From the NCBI GenBank assembly GCA_000002435.2, contig CM018790.1: a DNA stretch of 64,000 bases. One strand, 5' to 3'. Of this stretch, positions 41,478 through 51,814 are shown piece by piece; position 1 is the stretch's first letter; each line of letters begins with the position of its first letter. Made by a program: the position numbers and the translations under genes. The notes under the pieces are model-generated. The model had not been told where the DNA came from and searched no databases. It was given only the letters and a program-made list of their open reading frames with translations. This stretch comes from Giardia intestinalis. Its lineage: Eukaryota.

Positions 41478-42123
41478 TAGACTCTACTATGGGTTTTCCT
41501 GAGGGCACTTTTGCTTTCGTAGTTGTGAAATTAGCAGTTGATGCATGAGAAAGAGGCTGAGAGGTTGAGAATTGAGAGGGTTCGTGCCAAATTTCATCCA
41601 GATTACTGGTGCTCATTTCTATCTTGGCCCTGAGAACTTGTGATGCCTGAGAACGACTCGCATCATTTGCCATTTTGGTCGCCATGTCATCAATGGTTAG
41701 CGCATACTGTAGATTTGGGGAGCGCAATTGATCTGCCCTTTCAGGTCCATTCTGTGCCGCAGGACTCTTGCCTTCTATCTCTCTAAAATGTTCACCGACT
41801 GAAGAAGGCTTACTGGCCCGTGAATACATGAGTCTTGAACTATTATAGCTATCATTTGTGCTCAACATATCTGCTGGGGCCTGTATATCTGCAACTCCGA
41901 GCTTCGAGAGGATAGCAGAGGCATCTCGAGCCGATTGACGGGTCCTTACAGTGGAATGACGCTTCATTTCTGTGGTCTGGACCTCGTGGAGGAAGTCTTT
42001 CTTTAGCGGGCCTTCCTGCCTTCCTACCTCCTTGTTTGTCTTTCCCTTAATCCTCTGAGGGGGTTTTTGTTCTGTTGAGCGTTTTACAAGCGCGTCAAGG
42101 CCTTTAAACAGATCCGCAGGCAT
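41467..42123 (-). CDS. Hypothetical protein (~218 aa)
   Basis: The ORF-caller start at complement(42376..42378) is TTG and would overlap the kinase gene by 220 nt. The first ATG, at complement(42121..42123), leaves a 33-bp AT-rich divergent promoter to the kinase ATG at 42157. The 3' end overlaps the preceding gene by 11 nt. Confidence 0.5.
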   Translation of the reverse strand: MPADLFKGLDALVKRSTEQKPPQRIKGKTNKEVGRQEGPLKKDFLHEVQTTEMKRHSTVRTRQSARDASAILSKLGVADIQAPADMLSTNDSYNSSRLMYSRASKPSSVGEHFREIEGKSPAAQNGPERADQLRSPNLQYALTIDDMATKMANDASRSQASQVLRAKIEMSTSNLDEIWHEPSQFSTSQPLSHASTANFTTTKAKVPSGKPIVESTNL

Positions 42124-42156
42124 AGCAACTTTTGTTAAAAAACCTGTCTCAGCTGC

Positions 42157-44409
42157 ATGGCGAAGCTCCCGGACAGATACTTTGAGATTGGGAAAATCGC
42201 AACAGGAGGATTCGCAACAATCTACCGAGCCGTAGATCTGGAGACAGGCTTGGTCGTAGCTCTCAAGGATACCATATATAATTGCTCGTCCAGGTCTGCG
42301 ACGAAAGCGATGCGTCGGGAAATCGCAATCTTGCGGAATATTCAACACTGCAATATTGTAAGGTGCTATGATATCCAAAGAGCCACTGAAGAGTCTAGAT
42401 ATTTCATTTCTATGGAGCTTTGTAATTGCGATTTACATGACTTCATTCGGGCCTTTCGTCATAAGAGGCGACGCATTCCCGAAGCTACAGTGCTCACGAT
42501 GATCAAGGATATTGCATCCGCATTAGCATTTCTCCATAATCCCATTAATTTTACGACTATCGATTCGCTCGACGCCGACGAAGACTCTATACGGGTCATA
42601 ATCCACAGGGACGTGAAGCCTGGGAATATAATGTTGGCAAATGACGGCTTCTTCAAGCTTTGTGACTTCAACTTGGCACGAGAAATCAACACGGTTACTG
42701 GGGCTATGTCTAACACCGGTACCATTGCGTACATGGCGCCTGAGCTTCTTGATGGCAAGAAATATGATGAGAAAGTTGACCTGTGGTCTCTTGGATGCAC
42801 AATTCACGAAATGTGCATGTATTACTCCCCATTTCACAATCAGTCTATAACTCAAGCTTTGAATAATATTATGATGGGCAGATACGACTCTATATGTAAT
42901 TTTTATTCTGAACGTTTACGAAAGCTGGTTCAGATGCTTCTCTCCATCAATCCACTAGACAGACCAAGCGCAGCAGAGCTCTTGGGGCATCCTCTCTTAG
43001 CAGATATCCGTAAAAACCTGGGAGAGCCTTCTCAAGCACGCTCAGATGACGACCGAATGGGAAGACTTGTAAAGAGGGCTGGGCCATCGAACAAATCCAC
43101 TGATTCTGAACACAGGCAGCCCTTCCCGCGGCAATCGGCCCCCGAACATGAGAAGCCTCTTACACCTACAAGGTCTCCGTACATGAAGCAGCTAACGCAA
43201 GTATCCAATGGAAAAGCAGCCCAGCTGCTGAACCTAGAGAAGAAGGTAGAACGTACCCAAACACCAGGACGAGTATTCAAGCAATTAAAGTATCCAATTA
43301 TAATACCTGATAAACATATAGATGAACCTAGGATTGAGGATACTCCGACTGTGCGCGCTAAGACACCAAGCGAGGGCAATCAGGAGCGGGAACAAGAGGA
43401 TACCAAGCAACCTCAACATATTCCTTATACACCTACATATAAGCTAGGATCTGAAACTCAGCATGTTCAAAGTTATCCTACGTTACAACACACATCCAAT
43501 TCTCCACGACGGCAAGGTGTGATAAGTGCAGGGTCAACTGGTGTCACCAAAGTATCGGCTCAACAATACGGTCAGGTAGGTGCACCCGATCTCCATCATC
43601 CTCAATTGCAGGTTGAGGACCGCGGCCAGCACCAACACACCCTTCTGGCGTCTTCTGCGGGACGGAGGTTGTCTGAACATGCCCTTAAGCGCTCCCAATC
43701 GAACCTCCAAACCAAACCGGAGGCACTGCAATCTCCAGTAGAGACAGCATTAATTGTAGCTGCTACCCAAAATAATAAAAAGGGTGTTACTTTGAATTTA
43801 AAGCAGGCGGGCTCGTATAATTCAGCTGGGATGACAGCACTTCATATTGCAGCCCACAACAACTACTACAGCATAATCCCGCTTCTCTTAGAGAAGGAAG
43901 GTAGAATGACCATGATTCGTGCATACAAATACAGGGGGGTTCGCTACCAGGGCTTGACAGCGCTCCATATTGCAGCAATCAATGGCTACGTTGAGTCAGT
44001 GTCAGTTTTGGCAACCACAGAAGCTAAGCAACAGGATGCACTGAACTCGCAAACCGCCCTGATGCTGTGCGCCATTCACAATCACATAGAGTGTGCGCGG
44101 ATTCTTATAGCTTACGAACGAGCCTGTCGCGATGCCAATGGAATGACGGCCCTGATTCACGCTATTGACTCTGAGAACATAGAACATGTGCGGCTACTAG
44201 CTCACTTGGAGAACACTGTCGAAGATACCAATGGTAGAACTCCTTTGACATATGCTGTAGCAAAGGGAAACACCGATATCATACGTGTTTTGCTTCCACT
44301 GCATAATAAGAGCGACGTCAGCAAATCCATTGACACGGTTCGCCAAGCAAAGCTCCTCTCGGACCGGAAACTCGATGAAATTGAGCGTTACATGAGGAAG
44401 TATGTGTAG
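42157..44409 (+). CDS. NEK-family serine/threonine protein kinase with C-terminal ankyrin repeats; predicted active
   Basis: Complete kinase: VVALKD (VAIK), IIHRDVKPGNIML (catalytic loop), DFN (DFG variant), YMAPE and DLWSLGCTIHEM. A long S/T/P/Q-rich linker follows, then five or more ankyrin units (TALHIAAHNNYYSIIPLLL, TALHIAAINGYVESVSVLA, TALMLCAIHNHIECARILI...). Confidence 0.85.
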   Translation: MAKLPDRYFEIGKIATGGFATIYRAVDLETGLVVALKDTIYNCSSRSATKAMRREIAILRNIQHCNIVRCYDIQRATEESRYFISMELCNCDLHDFIRAFRHKRRRIPEATVLTMIKDIASALAFLHNPINFTTIDSLDADEDSIRVIIHRDVKPGNIMLANDGFFKLCDFNLAREINTVTGAMSNTGTIAYMAPELLDGKKYDEKVDLWSLGCTIHEMCMYYSPFHNQSITQALNNIMMGRYDSICNFYSERLRKLVQMLLSINPLDRPSAAELLGHPLLADIRKNLGEPSQARSDDDRMGRLVKRAGPSNKSTDSEHRQPFPRQSAPEHEKPLTPTRSPYMKQLTQVSNGKAAQLLNLEKKVERTQTPGRVFKQLKYPIIIPDKHIDEPRIEDTPTVRAKTPSEGNQEREQEDTKQPQHIPYTPTYKLGSETQHVQSYPTLQHTSNSPRRQGVISAGSTGVTKVSAQQYGQVGAPDLHHPQLQVEDRGQHQHTLLASSAGRRLSEHALKRSQSNLQTKPEALQSPVETALIVAATQNNKKGVTLNLKQAGSYNSAGMTALHIAAHNNYYSIIPLLLEKEGRMTMIRAYKYRGVRYQGLTALHIAAINGYVESVSVLATTEAKQQDALNSQTALMLCAIHNHIECARILIAYERACRDANGMTALIHAIDSENIEHVRLLAHLENTVEDTNGRTPLTYAVAKGNTDIIRVLLPLHNKSDVSKSIDTVRQAKLLSDRKLDEIERYMRKYV

Positions 44410-44446
44410 ATCGCAGTTTACACGAACAACCAAGTGACAAATTACA

Positions 44447-47400
44447 TCATTGGATATTCAGGCTTGATAGTCTGGGATCACGTCTTAACCTATTTTCTAG
44501 CTCTGCAAAGCGCTTAATCGAGTCTTCCTCGTGCTTTCTGCTACGCATCTCTAGTATATCAATCCTAAAGACGCATTCTCGTATTTCGTTGAGGAGTGCA
44601 TCTCTATCTTCCTGGGATATCTGGTCTGACGATTTGTTGTAGACGGCTCGGCGACGCTTCAAGTGCTCTGCTTCTGCCTCCATTCGAGAAGAGATGATGC
44701 TGGCGCGTTCAACGAGGCGTGTTCTCAGTGCGTCTAGGGCGGCACCCCGGGTGATCATGGCGATATTCTGTGGCAGCGGTTCGGTAAGGCTCCAACCTTT
44801 ATACTCGTCTGGGAGATAGATGTACAAGTAGTCCGTATTGGTCGTCTCTTCTTCTTCGTGGGCTTTAATAGTGGTTTGAAACTCAAAGCGGTCCTGGGTT
44901 CCCTGAAGCTTTAGTGCGTGCCTAGCTATCTCCAAATCACGTGGAGAAAATTTCAGTCCAAGCCTGTTCCCTGACTTAAGGGTCTGACAAACAGTTATAT
45001 TGGCCGACTGGTCGACGCTGTTTCCGGCAGGCAGAAACTCACTCTCTGGTAACTTTGTTTCGGATTTGCATTCGATGGCGTGGAAGAGCTCCAACAGGAA
45101 TATATAGTCAAGCTTCATATTGGAAATGGTCCACTTCTCCCGCGACGATACCTGTGTGTATTCATCGCTGATATTTGCAACGGTCTTCTGCTGGTTCTTG
45201 GCAACTGCGGAAGAGTCAATGGTCCCGAGCTCCTTAGTTATCAAAGTGATACTCTTTCCTAAGTTAGCAATGTCCTGGCGTGCTACTGCTGTGCGTATAC
45301 TTTCTGCGGTGTAGGAGTCAGAGGCAGACAGATCTGCCATCATAAGAGATGCCTCTCCGGACTGCTTGTTAAATATCCTCTTCTCAGACATCAAATGTGG
45401 GCGCGTCATAGACTCCACAACCTCAATGTAATTATTCAACAGGTCGTATCGAATATGGTCATACGAAACAGCGCGCTTCATGACTACGCCGACGTTCCGT
45501 ACAGCAGAAGTCGTGGTATCGAAATGCGGTAGGATGGGTAGCTCTCTGGACTTAAGTAAATTGACATAGTTTAGGTAATTGAAGATCCCGGGGCTCGGGT
45601 CGTATAACTTGGGCATGTGCTTGATGTAGAAGGAGGGCGCTGTCTTCGAAAGCTCATTGTCAGTGATAAGAGCAAGATTATACGTGGGATAGAGAGCGGC
45701 AACCCCGGCAGGAACATTCGACGTGTTCTTTGTATTCATGAGAGCATAGACATCTCCAAGTAGCTCCTTGAGAGACCCAGATTTATTAGCCGATGGTGTA
45801 TCTGCTGCTGTTCGACTGAGAAGGCTCATATTCAATCCACGAGAACGGCCTGTCCTCTTTTCAGACCCTTGGAGCCAGAAGCCAGGCCCCCCTTCTCGGT
45901 GCTTATGAGTGTCAGCATCAGGAACACGCTCTGTATCTGCAGCGTTATCGTCTAAGTCATCGGGGTTATCGTCTGCGCTTTTCTTGGCGTCAGCCGCCTT
46001 TAGTATCTCGGGACTGAGGTGATAGGCCATCTCTAAGAGTGCCTCGTGGCGCGAAAGCAAGGAAGTCACTCCACAGTTCAAGTCATACTCAGAGGAATAA
46101 TAGGAACCAACGTCATGAGAAAAGAGAAGCCGCTGAGATTGGAATGATCTATATGCTGCACGTGATAAGTTTGCTTCAAACTCTTCAAATAAATCAAGAT
46201 TCGTAAGCGCATCCTCATTCTCAAGTACCGAGAGGCTTAAGGGATCTGATGGGCCCATGCTGGTCTGAGACTTTCCTGATTTTTCGCCCATTGAGGCCTG
46301 CGACGTACTGCGGTTTTGAGCCGTAGATTGATCGTCTACTACTTCGGTTGTTTCTAATGTCGTGTTATCGCCAGAACGAATAACAGTTGAGTCACGCTCT
46401 TGGTTGCTTACTGTCATAGAGGTACCATCATTGATTGTTGCATCACTAATGCTCGGAGCACTTGCCTGGGTCTTGTAGTCCGTCAGCAGCTGCTTGGTTT
46501 CGGCTTCTAGAATCTTGTCCTTACTGAAAATAAGCTTTCTTCGACGTCTACGCATATATCTATCGATAGAAGCTAGATTGGCAAACCTTTCAACAACCTT
46601 GCAACCTGAAACAGAGCACCTTTGGAACGTGTTAGTGTTAGGCAGGATTTCGAAAGAATCAAAAAGGATGGTATTGATGCTAAGAACCTTACTTTGTGGT
46701 GCAGATCTCTGGCCTCCTGCTACATTCTTGGCTGATGCCTGGCGCGAGGATACAGACGCTAGAGATGGGTCTGTGGATGTTGACGCAGATACTAACTCAT
46801 ATGCAATAACCTTGGTGCTCAGTCCATCTTCACGCAAGCAATCGTAGTAGCGTAGCTCGATGCTTCTGCCAATTAGGTGCTCTATAAACCCGCAGCTATC
46901 TTCTCTCCCAGGATAGAACCACAGCTTACGGGTCCGTACCTCCCCACTGATGTTTAGCACATGCTGCTTTAGGTAATCAGACCTTCCATAGTTAAAGAAC
47001 TGCTTTTGGAATGTCAACAGAAGAGGCAATTCGAAGGTAAATTCCTCTGGCATTTGGGTATCTCCGTCTTGCATGCTCTGGAATCCATGCGAGTCTGCCT
47101 CATCGAAGCCCTCAATGACCTCATTTGCATCTTCTACTGTGCCGCTGTCTGTGTCCCCCTTGCTGTGTCTAGTTCCGTGGACTGCACTCACTTTTCTCGA
47201 TGCCAAGCGACTGCCGACAGACACAGACGTTCGTCCATCACCTGAGTCGTGCTCTCTCATGGAAAGGTTACTGTCAATGACAGTCTTCTTTAACAGCGAG
47301 TCATCTACATCCAACGCCTCCCCTTGATCGATCTCTATAGGAGAAATCTCCTTCTTAACACGCCTGGTGAAGCAGGTAAACGAGGACTTAAAGGCCGTGT

Positions 47401-50038
47401 GGGCTGTCTTCTCATCAAGATCAGGATCACCCATTTCGTCTAACTCTTCTCCCAAATAGCACCAGATGGGAAACTCCTTGACGCCATCTATGTACGTTCT
47501 ATAGTATGTATCTAAGAGGGTTAGTGTCTCTCCTCCGTCATTGAAGCGGGTAAAGTAATCATAAACCTCAGGATTTGATAGATCAATCTTCACGTCGTCA
47601 TGATTGATTTCATATTGGCACGTTCGTAAAGAAAGCTTGTCGTGCCTGTCACTAAAGAGCTGAATGCGAAGAAGACGCCACGCTACAACCCGTTTGTCTA
47701 TAACGTCCATGTCTTCATCGGCAGAAATCATATACACTGGCCTGGGACGACAAACAATTGAGGCTATGCACCCACTACGCAGATTGAATCTAGGATACAA
47801 CCGGAGGAAGCAATCTGAATAGAGCGTGGCTCTTTCTGCTATGACCTTGTCACATGTCCCCAGGGCAACCAACTCCCTGGGACTGGCAACTCGCCGAGGA
47901 TATTGCCAAGCAAGACGCAGTTCGGAAAGACTAGTGGCCACACTCCACGGAGCAGGCAAGGACGACAAGAGGATCTCTATTGGTTCTACGGAATCCCACC
48001 TCTTTAAATACTTTTTAGCCTGCTCTCCTATCCCGAACATAGCATACTGCGCCTTGAGAGCCTCTAATCTGTTGTTTTCCTTTTCCACATTGGCCTCCTT
48101 GGCCCACCGCGTTGTATCAAAGCCCTGTTCTACCACCTTCTGCTGATGAATCTCTGCTTCACGCTCACGTTTGAGCTGATTTTGCCTGTCTTGAATAGCT
48201 CTTGGTAACTTGATCCCTGCCTCAAGCCTTTGGCGTGCGCCCTTGACGCCAAGCTGAGAGAGAAAGCGCTGGTTTCCACCTGCCTGCTTCACAATTTGAT
48301 CTGTGACCCCATTTTTGTTTAAATAGGCAAGTTGGCGGGCGCGCAGGTCAACCAACTCTTGGGTCATTAAGCAGATGCACCAGTTATCAATGTTATAAAA
48401 GTCAAAAGAGCAGTAATCGTTGGAGAGCTCACGCTTGTCCACTTGTAGATTAACGAAATAATTGTTCTGGTTAAAGACTGCTTCGATGAACCGAAATAGC
48501 GGGCAGTTCATGGTGTAGAACGAACCCGATGCAGGGTCAATGAAAAAGCCTGACTTCGTGGTCGAAGGGGTTTTGGCTTGGGCTATGATACTATTTATGT
48601 CTTCCTCCACATAATGCTTTTCTGTGACACCGGCATTGGTGCTACCCATCTGTAAGTCTTCAGTCGGGGCGACGTACACCCACGAATACACGCGTTGTCC
48701 ATGAAGCGGATCCGCTGTTAGCTCTTGTATTCGGAGCTTATTTTCTTGCCTAATAGAGTTGAGAGCACGGTCCTGTTCTTGCTTCTGCTGTATTCCCGCT
48801 TTTCCTGGGACAAGTACATCTTTTAGAAGATCGGCCGAACGCAGGCTGTCTATGATAAGAGATTCTATCTCTTTTTCTGAGGCACCAATGAGAGCAAGCT
48901 TATTTCGGAATCGTGTACGTTCATCAAACGCTGACGGTCGAATAAGATTTTTCGGTTTTAGATACTTATTTTTGAACAATCCGCCAATCAGCACATTCTC
49001 ATGTGGTATCTCCCTGTTGAATTCCTTCTCCTTTTTCCTATCGGCCCCTCTACCCTCCAGGACATTTGTCAGGGTATCTTCGAACGGCTCTTTGTCTGTT
49101 TCCGTTTCGGGGGCCACGATGAGAGAGCAGCCATTTGTGGTGGGATTCATAGAGATATTCTCTGCACCACCGGACATAACATAACGGCATCCACTGATAG
49201 ATTTAGTTTCTATGTCCGCAGGTGTTGAGAGTAACTTGTATGCACCGGATAAACCCCAGGGGTTCTTGACAGTGGCCCCTCCACTGATATCAACAGTGAT
49301 TGCTGCCCGCTCATTTTGACACTCCTGAACACCGCACCTAAGGAATACATTTTCGATGTCTTTCGAGGGGGAGTGAAGGCGCTTCAGAAGACCTCCCTCT
49401 GACGTGAAGTCCTGCTTATCTATGTGCGTATCATTAACCTCTCTACAGTAGCGTGCATCCACCTTATAAATTCCCAGTGGACGCTTTGAAAAGGCGGCTT
49501 CAGATGAAAATGACTGGACAGTATAGGTCGCATAGAGATTCAAGGGCTCACAACTTTCTGCCACTTGAAGATGAGTCTGCTGTTCTGTTAGCATTTTGTC
49601 TGCGTAGCCAATACAAACATAGGCATTGTATCCCGCCCCAATAAGAAGAGAGGCTAACAATATGGATAGATCGAAGCAGTCTCCTGTTTGCCATTCCAGG
49701 GTTGTTTGAGGAGATACTATGTAATCTGGGGGAAGATGAGGGTGCTCCAAAGGTTCGTAATTGATAGAATTTGCGACAAATTTGGCCAAGAAACCGGCAT
49801 CGCAAAGAGCAGGATCGGCCAAAATTGCCGGCCTGAGAGTAGTTGGAAGAAACTTCCGCACCCCACACTCATTGTGTGGCGCCAAGAGCAGCTGTTTTCT
49901 TGAAGGATTAAGAGTTAAAAATGTCGTTTCAAAATTGGCTATATAGTTCAGTAAGAGTTCTTCTCTGGCTGACACAGACGTGTATGATGAGGGAAGATCT
50001 GCTTTATTGACAGAAAAGATGCGATCAAGCTTATTCAT
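44447..50038 (-). CDS. Giant hypothetical protein (~1863 aa) with an N-terminal transglutaminase-like (papain-fold) motif
   Basis: The ORF-caller start is TTG; the first ATG is at complement(50036..50038). EWQTGDCFDLSILLASLLIGAGYNAYVCIGYA resembles the catalytic-Cys core of the transglutaminase-like superfamily; this is a weak inference. Confidence 0.65.
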   Translation of the reverse strand: MNKLDRIFSVNKADLPSSYTSVSAREELLLNYIANFETTFLTLNPSRKQLLLAPHNECGVRKFLPTTLRPAILADPALCDAGFLAKFVANSINYEPLEHPHLPPDYIVSPQTTLEWQTGDCFDLSILLASLLIGAGYNAYVCIGYADKMLTEQQTHLQVAESCEPLNLYATYTVQSFSSEAAFSKRPLGIYKVDARYCREVNDTHIDKQDFTSEGGLLKRLHSPSKDIENVFLRCGVQECQNERAAITVDISGGATVKNPWGLSGAYKLLSTPADIETKSISGCRYVMSGGAENISMNPTTNGCSLIVAPETETDKEPFEDTLTNVLEGRGADRKKEKEFNREIPHENVLIGGLFKNKYLKPKNLIRPSAFDERTRFRNKLALIGASEKEIESLIIDSLRSADLLKDVLVPGKAGIQQKQEQDRALNSIRQENKLRIQELTADPLHGQRVYSWVYVAPTEDLQMGSTNAGVTEKHYVEEDINSIIAQAKTPSTTKSGFFIDPASGSFYTMNCPLFRFIEAVFNQNNYFVNLQVDKRELSNDYCSFDFYNIDNWCICLMTQELVDLRARQLAYLNKNGVTDQIVKQAGGNQRFLSQLGVKGARQRLEAGIKLPRAIQDRQNQLKREREAEIHQQKVVEQGFDTTRWAKEANVEKENNRLEALKAQYAMFGIGEQAKKYLKRWDSVEPIEILLSSLPAPWSVATSLSELRLAWQYPRRVASPRELVALGTCDKVIAERATLYSDCFLRLYPRFNLRSGCIASIVCRPRPVYMISADEDMDVIDKRVVAWRLLRIQLFSDRHDKLSLRTCQYEINHDDVKIDLSNPEVYDYFTRFNDGGETLTLLDTYYRTYIDGVKEFPIWCYLGEELDEMGDPDLDEKTAHTAFKSSFTCFTRRVKKEISPIEIDQGEALDVDDSLLKKTVIDSNLSMREHDSGDGRTSVSVGSRLASRKVSAVHGTRHSKGDTDSGTVEDANEVIEGFDEADSHGFQSMQDGDTQMPEEFTFELPLLLTFQKQFFNYGRSDYLKQHVLNISGEVRTRKLWFYPGREDSCGFIEHLIGRSIELRYYDCLREDGLSTKVIAYELVSASTSTDPSLASVSSRQASAKNVAGGQRSAPQSKVLSINTILFDSFEILPNTNTFQRCSVSGCKVVERFANLASIDRYMRRRRRKLIFSKDKILEAETKQLLTDYKTQASAPSISDATINDGTSMTVSNQERDSTVIRSGDNTTLETTEVVDDQSTAQNRSTSQASMGEKSGKSQTSMGPSDPLSLSVLENEDALTNLDLFEEFEANLSRAAYRSFQSQRLLFSHDVGSYYSSEYDLNCGVTSLLSRHEALLEMAYHLSPEILKAADAKKSADDNPDDLDDNAADTERVPDADTHKHREGGPGFWLQGSEKRTGRSRGLNMSLLSRTAADTPSANKSGSLKELLGDVYALMNTKNTSNVPAGVAALYPTYNLALITDNELSKTAPSFYIKHMPKLYDPSPGIFNYLNYVNLLKSRELPILPHFDTTTSAVRNVGVVMKRAVSYDHIRYDLLNNYIEVVESMTRPHLMSEKRIFNKQSGEASLMMADLSASDSYTAESIRTAVARQDIANLGKSITLITKELGTIDSSAVAKNQQKTVANISDEYTQVSSREKWTISNMKLDYIFLLELFHAIECKSETKLPESEFLPAGNSVDQSANITVCQTLKSGNRLGLKFSPRDLEIARHALKLQGTQDRFEFQTTIKAHEEEETTNTDYLYIYLPDEYKGWSLTEPLPQNIAMITRGAALDALRTRLVERASIISSRMEAEAEHLKRRRAVYNKSSDQISQEDRDALLNEIRECVFRIDILEMRSRKHEEDSIKRFAELENRLRRDPRLSSLNIQ

Positions 50039-50528
50039 CCACAAATGGGAGCCGGAGTTTTTTACTTGGAAGGATTTGCTTTGTTTTGGTGAGGGGCCAT
50101 CTTTTCTCAACGGGATAATCTATCATGTGTGAAGCAGTCGTATTCAGTGGTAGGACCTGATGCTGAGTATAGGCCAATTTTATCGGGGAGTCAATCCCCT
50201 GCTATCACTTGCATCCATAAGACAACTTAGCCTCATTAGCTTTACAGCACTCAATACCAGACGCTATCTTGCAGATGGAACAATTATCAACAGAGTTATG
50301 TTCTGTTTTGGAGTTATAAGCAGGAGTGCAATCCTCGTAATACTAGTAGTGAACTGGTGTAAGAGAGGATTATTAGTTCAGACTGCATCAGGTCTAGCTT
50401 GTTGATAGAGCACCGTGGCTGACCTCTTGGATCTTCTAGGCGCCAATGATTTCGCTGCAATCCAAAAAGACTCGACTCCCAAGCCCCGCCTTCCGGCCAC
50501 TGAAACAGTGGGCGTGGCACGTAAGCGC

Positions 50529-50543
50529 GTTTACTACCTAAGT
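50529..50543 (-). promoter_or_regulatory. Extended VSP-type polyadenylation signal ACTTAGGTAGTAAAC
   Basis: The reverse complement of 50529..50543 reads ACTTAGGTAGTAAAC. It lies about 12 nt downstream of the VSP stop and matches the ACTYAGRTAGTRAAY motif established for Giardia vsp genes. Confidence 0.7.
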
Positions 50544-50554
50544 CATATTTAAAT

Positions 50555-51814
50555 CTATGCCTTTCCGCGGCAGAGGAACCACCAGCAGAGGAAGCCGACA
50601 AGCCCTCCGACGACAACGATCACGGCGACGGAGATACCCGCGATGGCGCCAGTGGAGAGCCCGCTCCTGTTCGTGCTTCCGCCGGTACTGTCACCGTTCT
50701 TGAGGTAGCAGAGGACGGAGCCTTGATTATTAGATGGAGGAGCGCAGCTCATGCAGCCAGCAACTCCCTTGACACTTCCACTGTCACTTTCACATGATGT
50801 GCATGTCCCAGGATCTAATCCAACCATGTAGTACCCAGTTGCACACGTTGTACAAGCATTTGCAGAATTAGCATCACGACATGTCTTGCAGGTCGAATGA
50901 CACGAGGGGCATGCTCCATTATTAGGCTGAAGACTATTGGCGCACGTCTGACATCCACCATTGCTATCAGCTAGTGTGCATATCTGCTCACCGGGCTGTC
51001 TGCCGAGTTTATAGCAGCCTCCATCTTGAAGGAAATGATCTGCAGCACACTGAGTGCATACGCCACCTGCTGCGTTCGTGCAGAATGAATTCCTTGTTAC
51101 TGAATTAGCGCACACGCCATTCTGAGGTGCCCACTTATCTTCCTTGCATTTTGAACAGTACTTCGTACCGCCGATTACCGCTCCACACTCTGCACACCCG
51201 TCCACCTCTGCTTTGCACTCATCTACACAAGATCCACCTTGATTAGGATCATCATTGGTGTATTTTAGCATTTTCCCGGGAGGACAAGCTGTGCACTTCG
51301 CTGGTCCCTTTGTGGTGCACCCAGCACAGCTAGGATCACAAGGCTCGCACTCTTTGTCTCCGTTGTAGTAGCTTCCTATTGCTCCGCAGCTCTGCGTGCA
51401 CTGCTTTGTCGGGGTGAGGTAGTTGCCATCATTACATTCGGTGCAGATTTCGTTGTCTGTTTTGGGGTTGTCACATGCCTTGCAGTTGGGAGTATTGCAC
51501 TGCGTGTTAGAGGCCTTCTCGCACGCGGTCTTCCCATTGTTCAGGCTGAATCCCGGGTTGCACACGCAGACGTTCTGGTCGTTGGCTGCAGAGTTCTGGG
51601 GGCAAGTGGCGTCGCAGCTTACTCCATTGAGCTGCACCTTCTTTCCGCCGCCGCAGGTGAGGCACGTCTGGTCCTGGCCCACACCAGTGCAGGTCTCGCA
51701 GCCCGCCTGGGTCAGTCTTTCTTCGCATGCCGTGTTAGAGGCCTTCTCGCAGCCGTTCTTTCCGTTGTGCTTTGCCAGCACGGTTGCACAAACTAGGAGA
51801 AATCCTACCAACAT
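50555..51814 (-). CDS. Variant-specific surface protein (VSP)
   Basis: N-terminal signal peptide MLVGFLLVCATVLA, numerous CXXC motifs, a single C-terminal TM and the invariant cytoplasmic tail CRGKA. The extended VSP polyadenylation motif follows the stop. Confidence 0.9.
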   Translation of the reverse strand: MLVGFLLVCATVLAKHNGKNGCEKASNTACEERLTQAGCETCTGVGQDQTCLTCGGGKKVQLNGVSCDATCPQNSAANDQNVCVCNPGFSLNNGKTACEKASNTQCNTPNCKACDNPKTDNEICTECNDGNYLTPTKQCTQSCGAIGSYYNGDKECEPCDPSCAGCTTKGPAKCTACPPGKMLKYTNDDPNQGGSCVDECKAEVDGCAECGAVIGGTKYCSKCKEDKWAPQNGVCANSVTRNSFCTNAAGGVCTQCAADHFLQDGGCYKLGRQPGEQICTLADSNGGCQTCANSLQPNNGACPSCHSTCKTCRDANSANACTTCATGYYMVGLDPGTCTSCESDSGSVKGVAGCMSCAPPSNNQGSVLCYLKNGDSTGGSTNRSGLSTGAIAGISVAVIVVVGGLVGFLCWWFLCRGKA

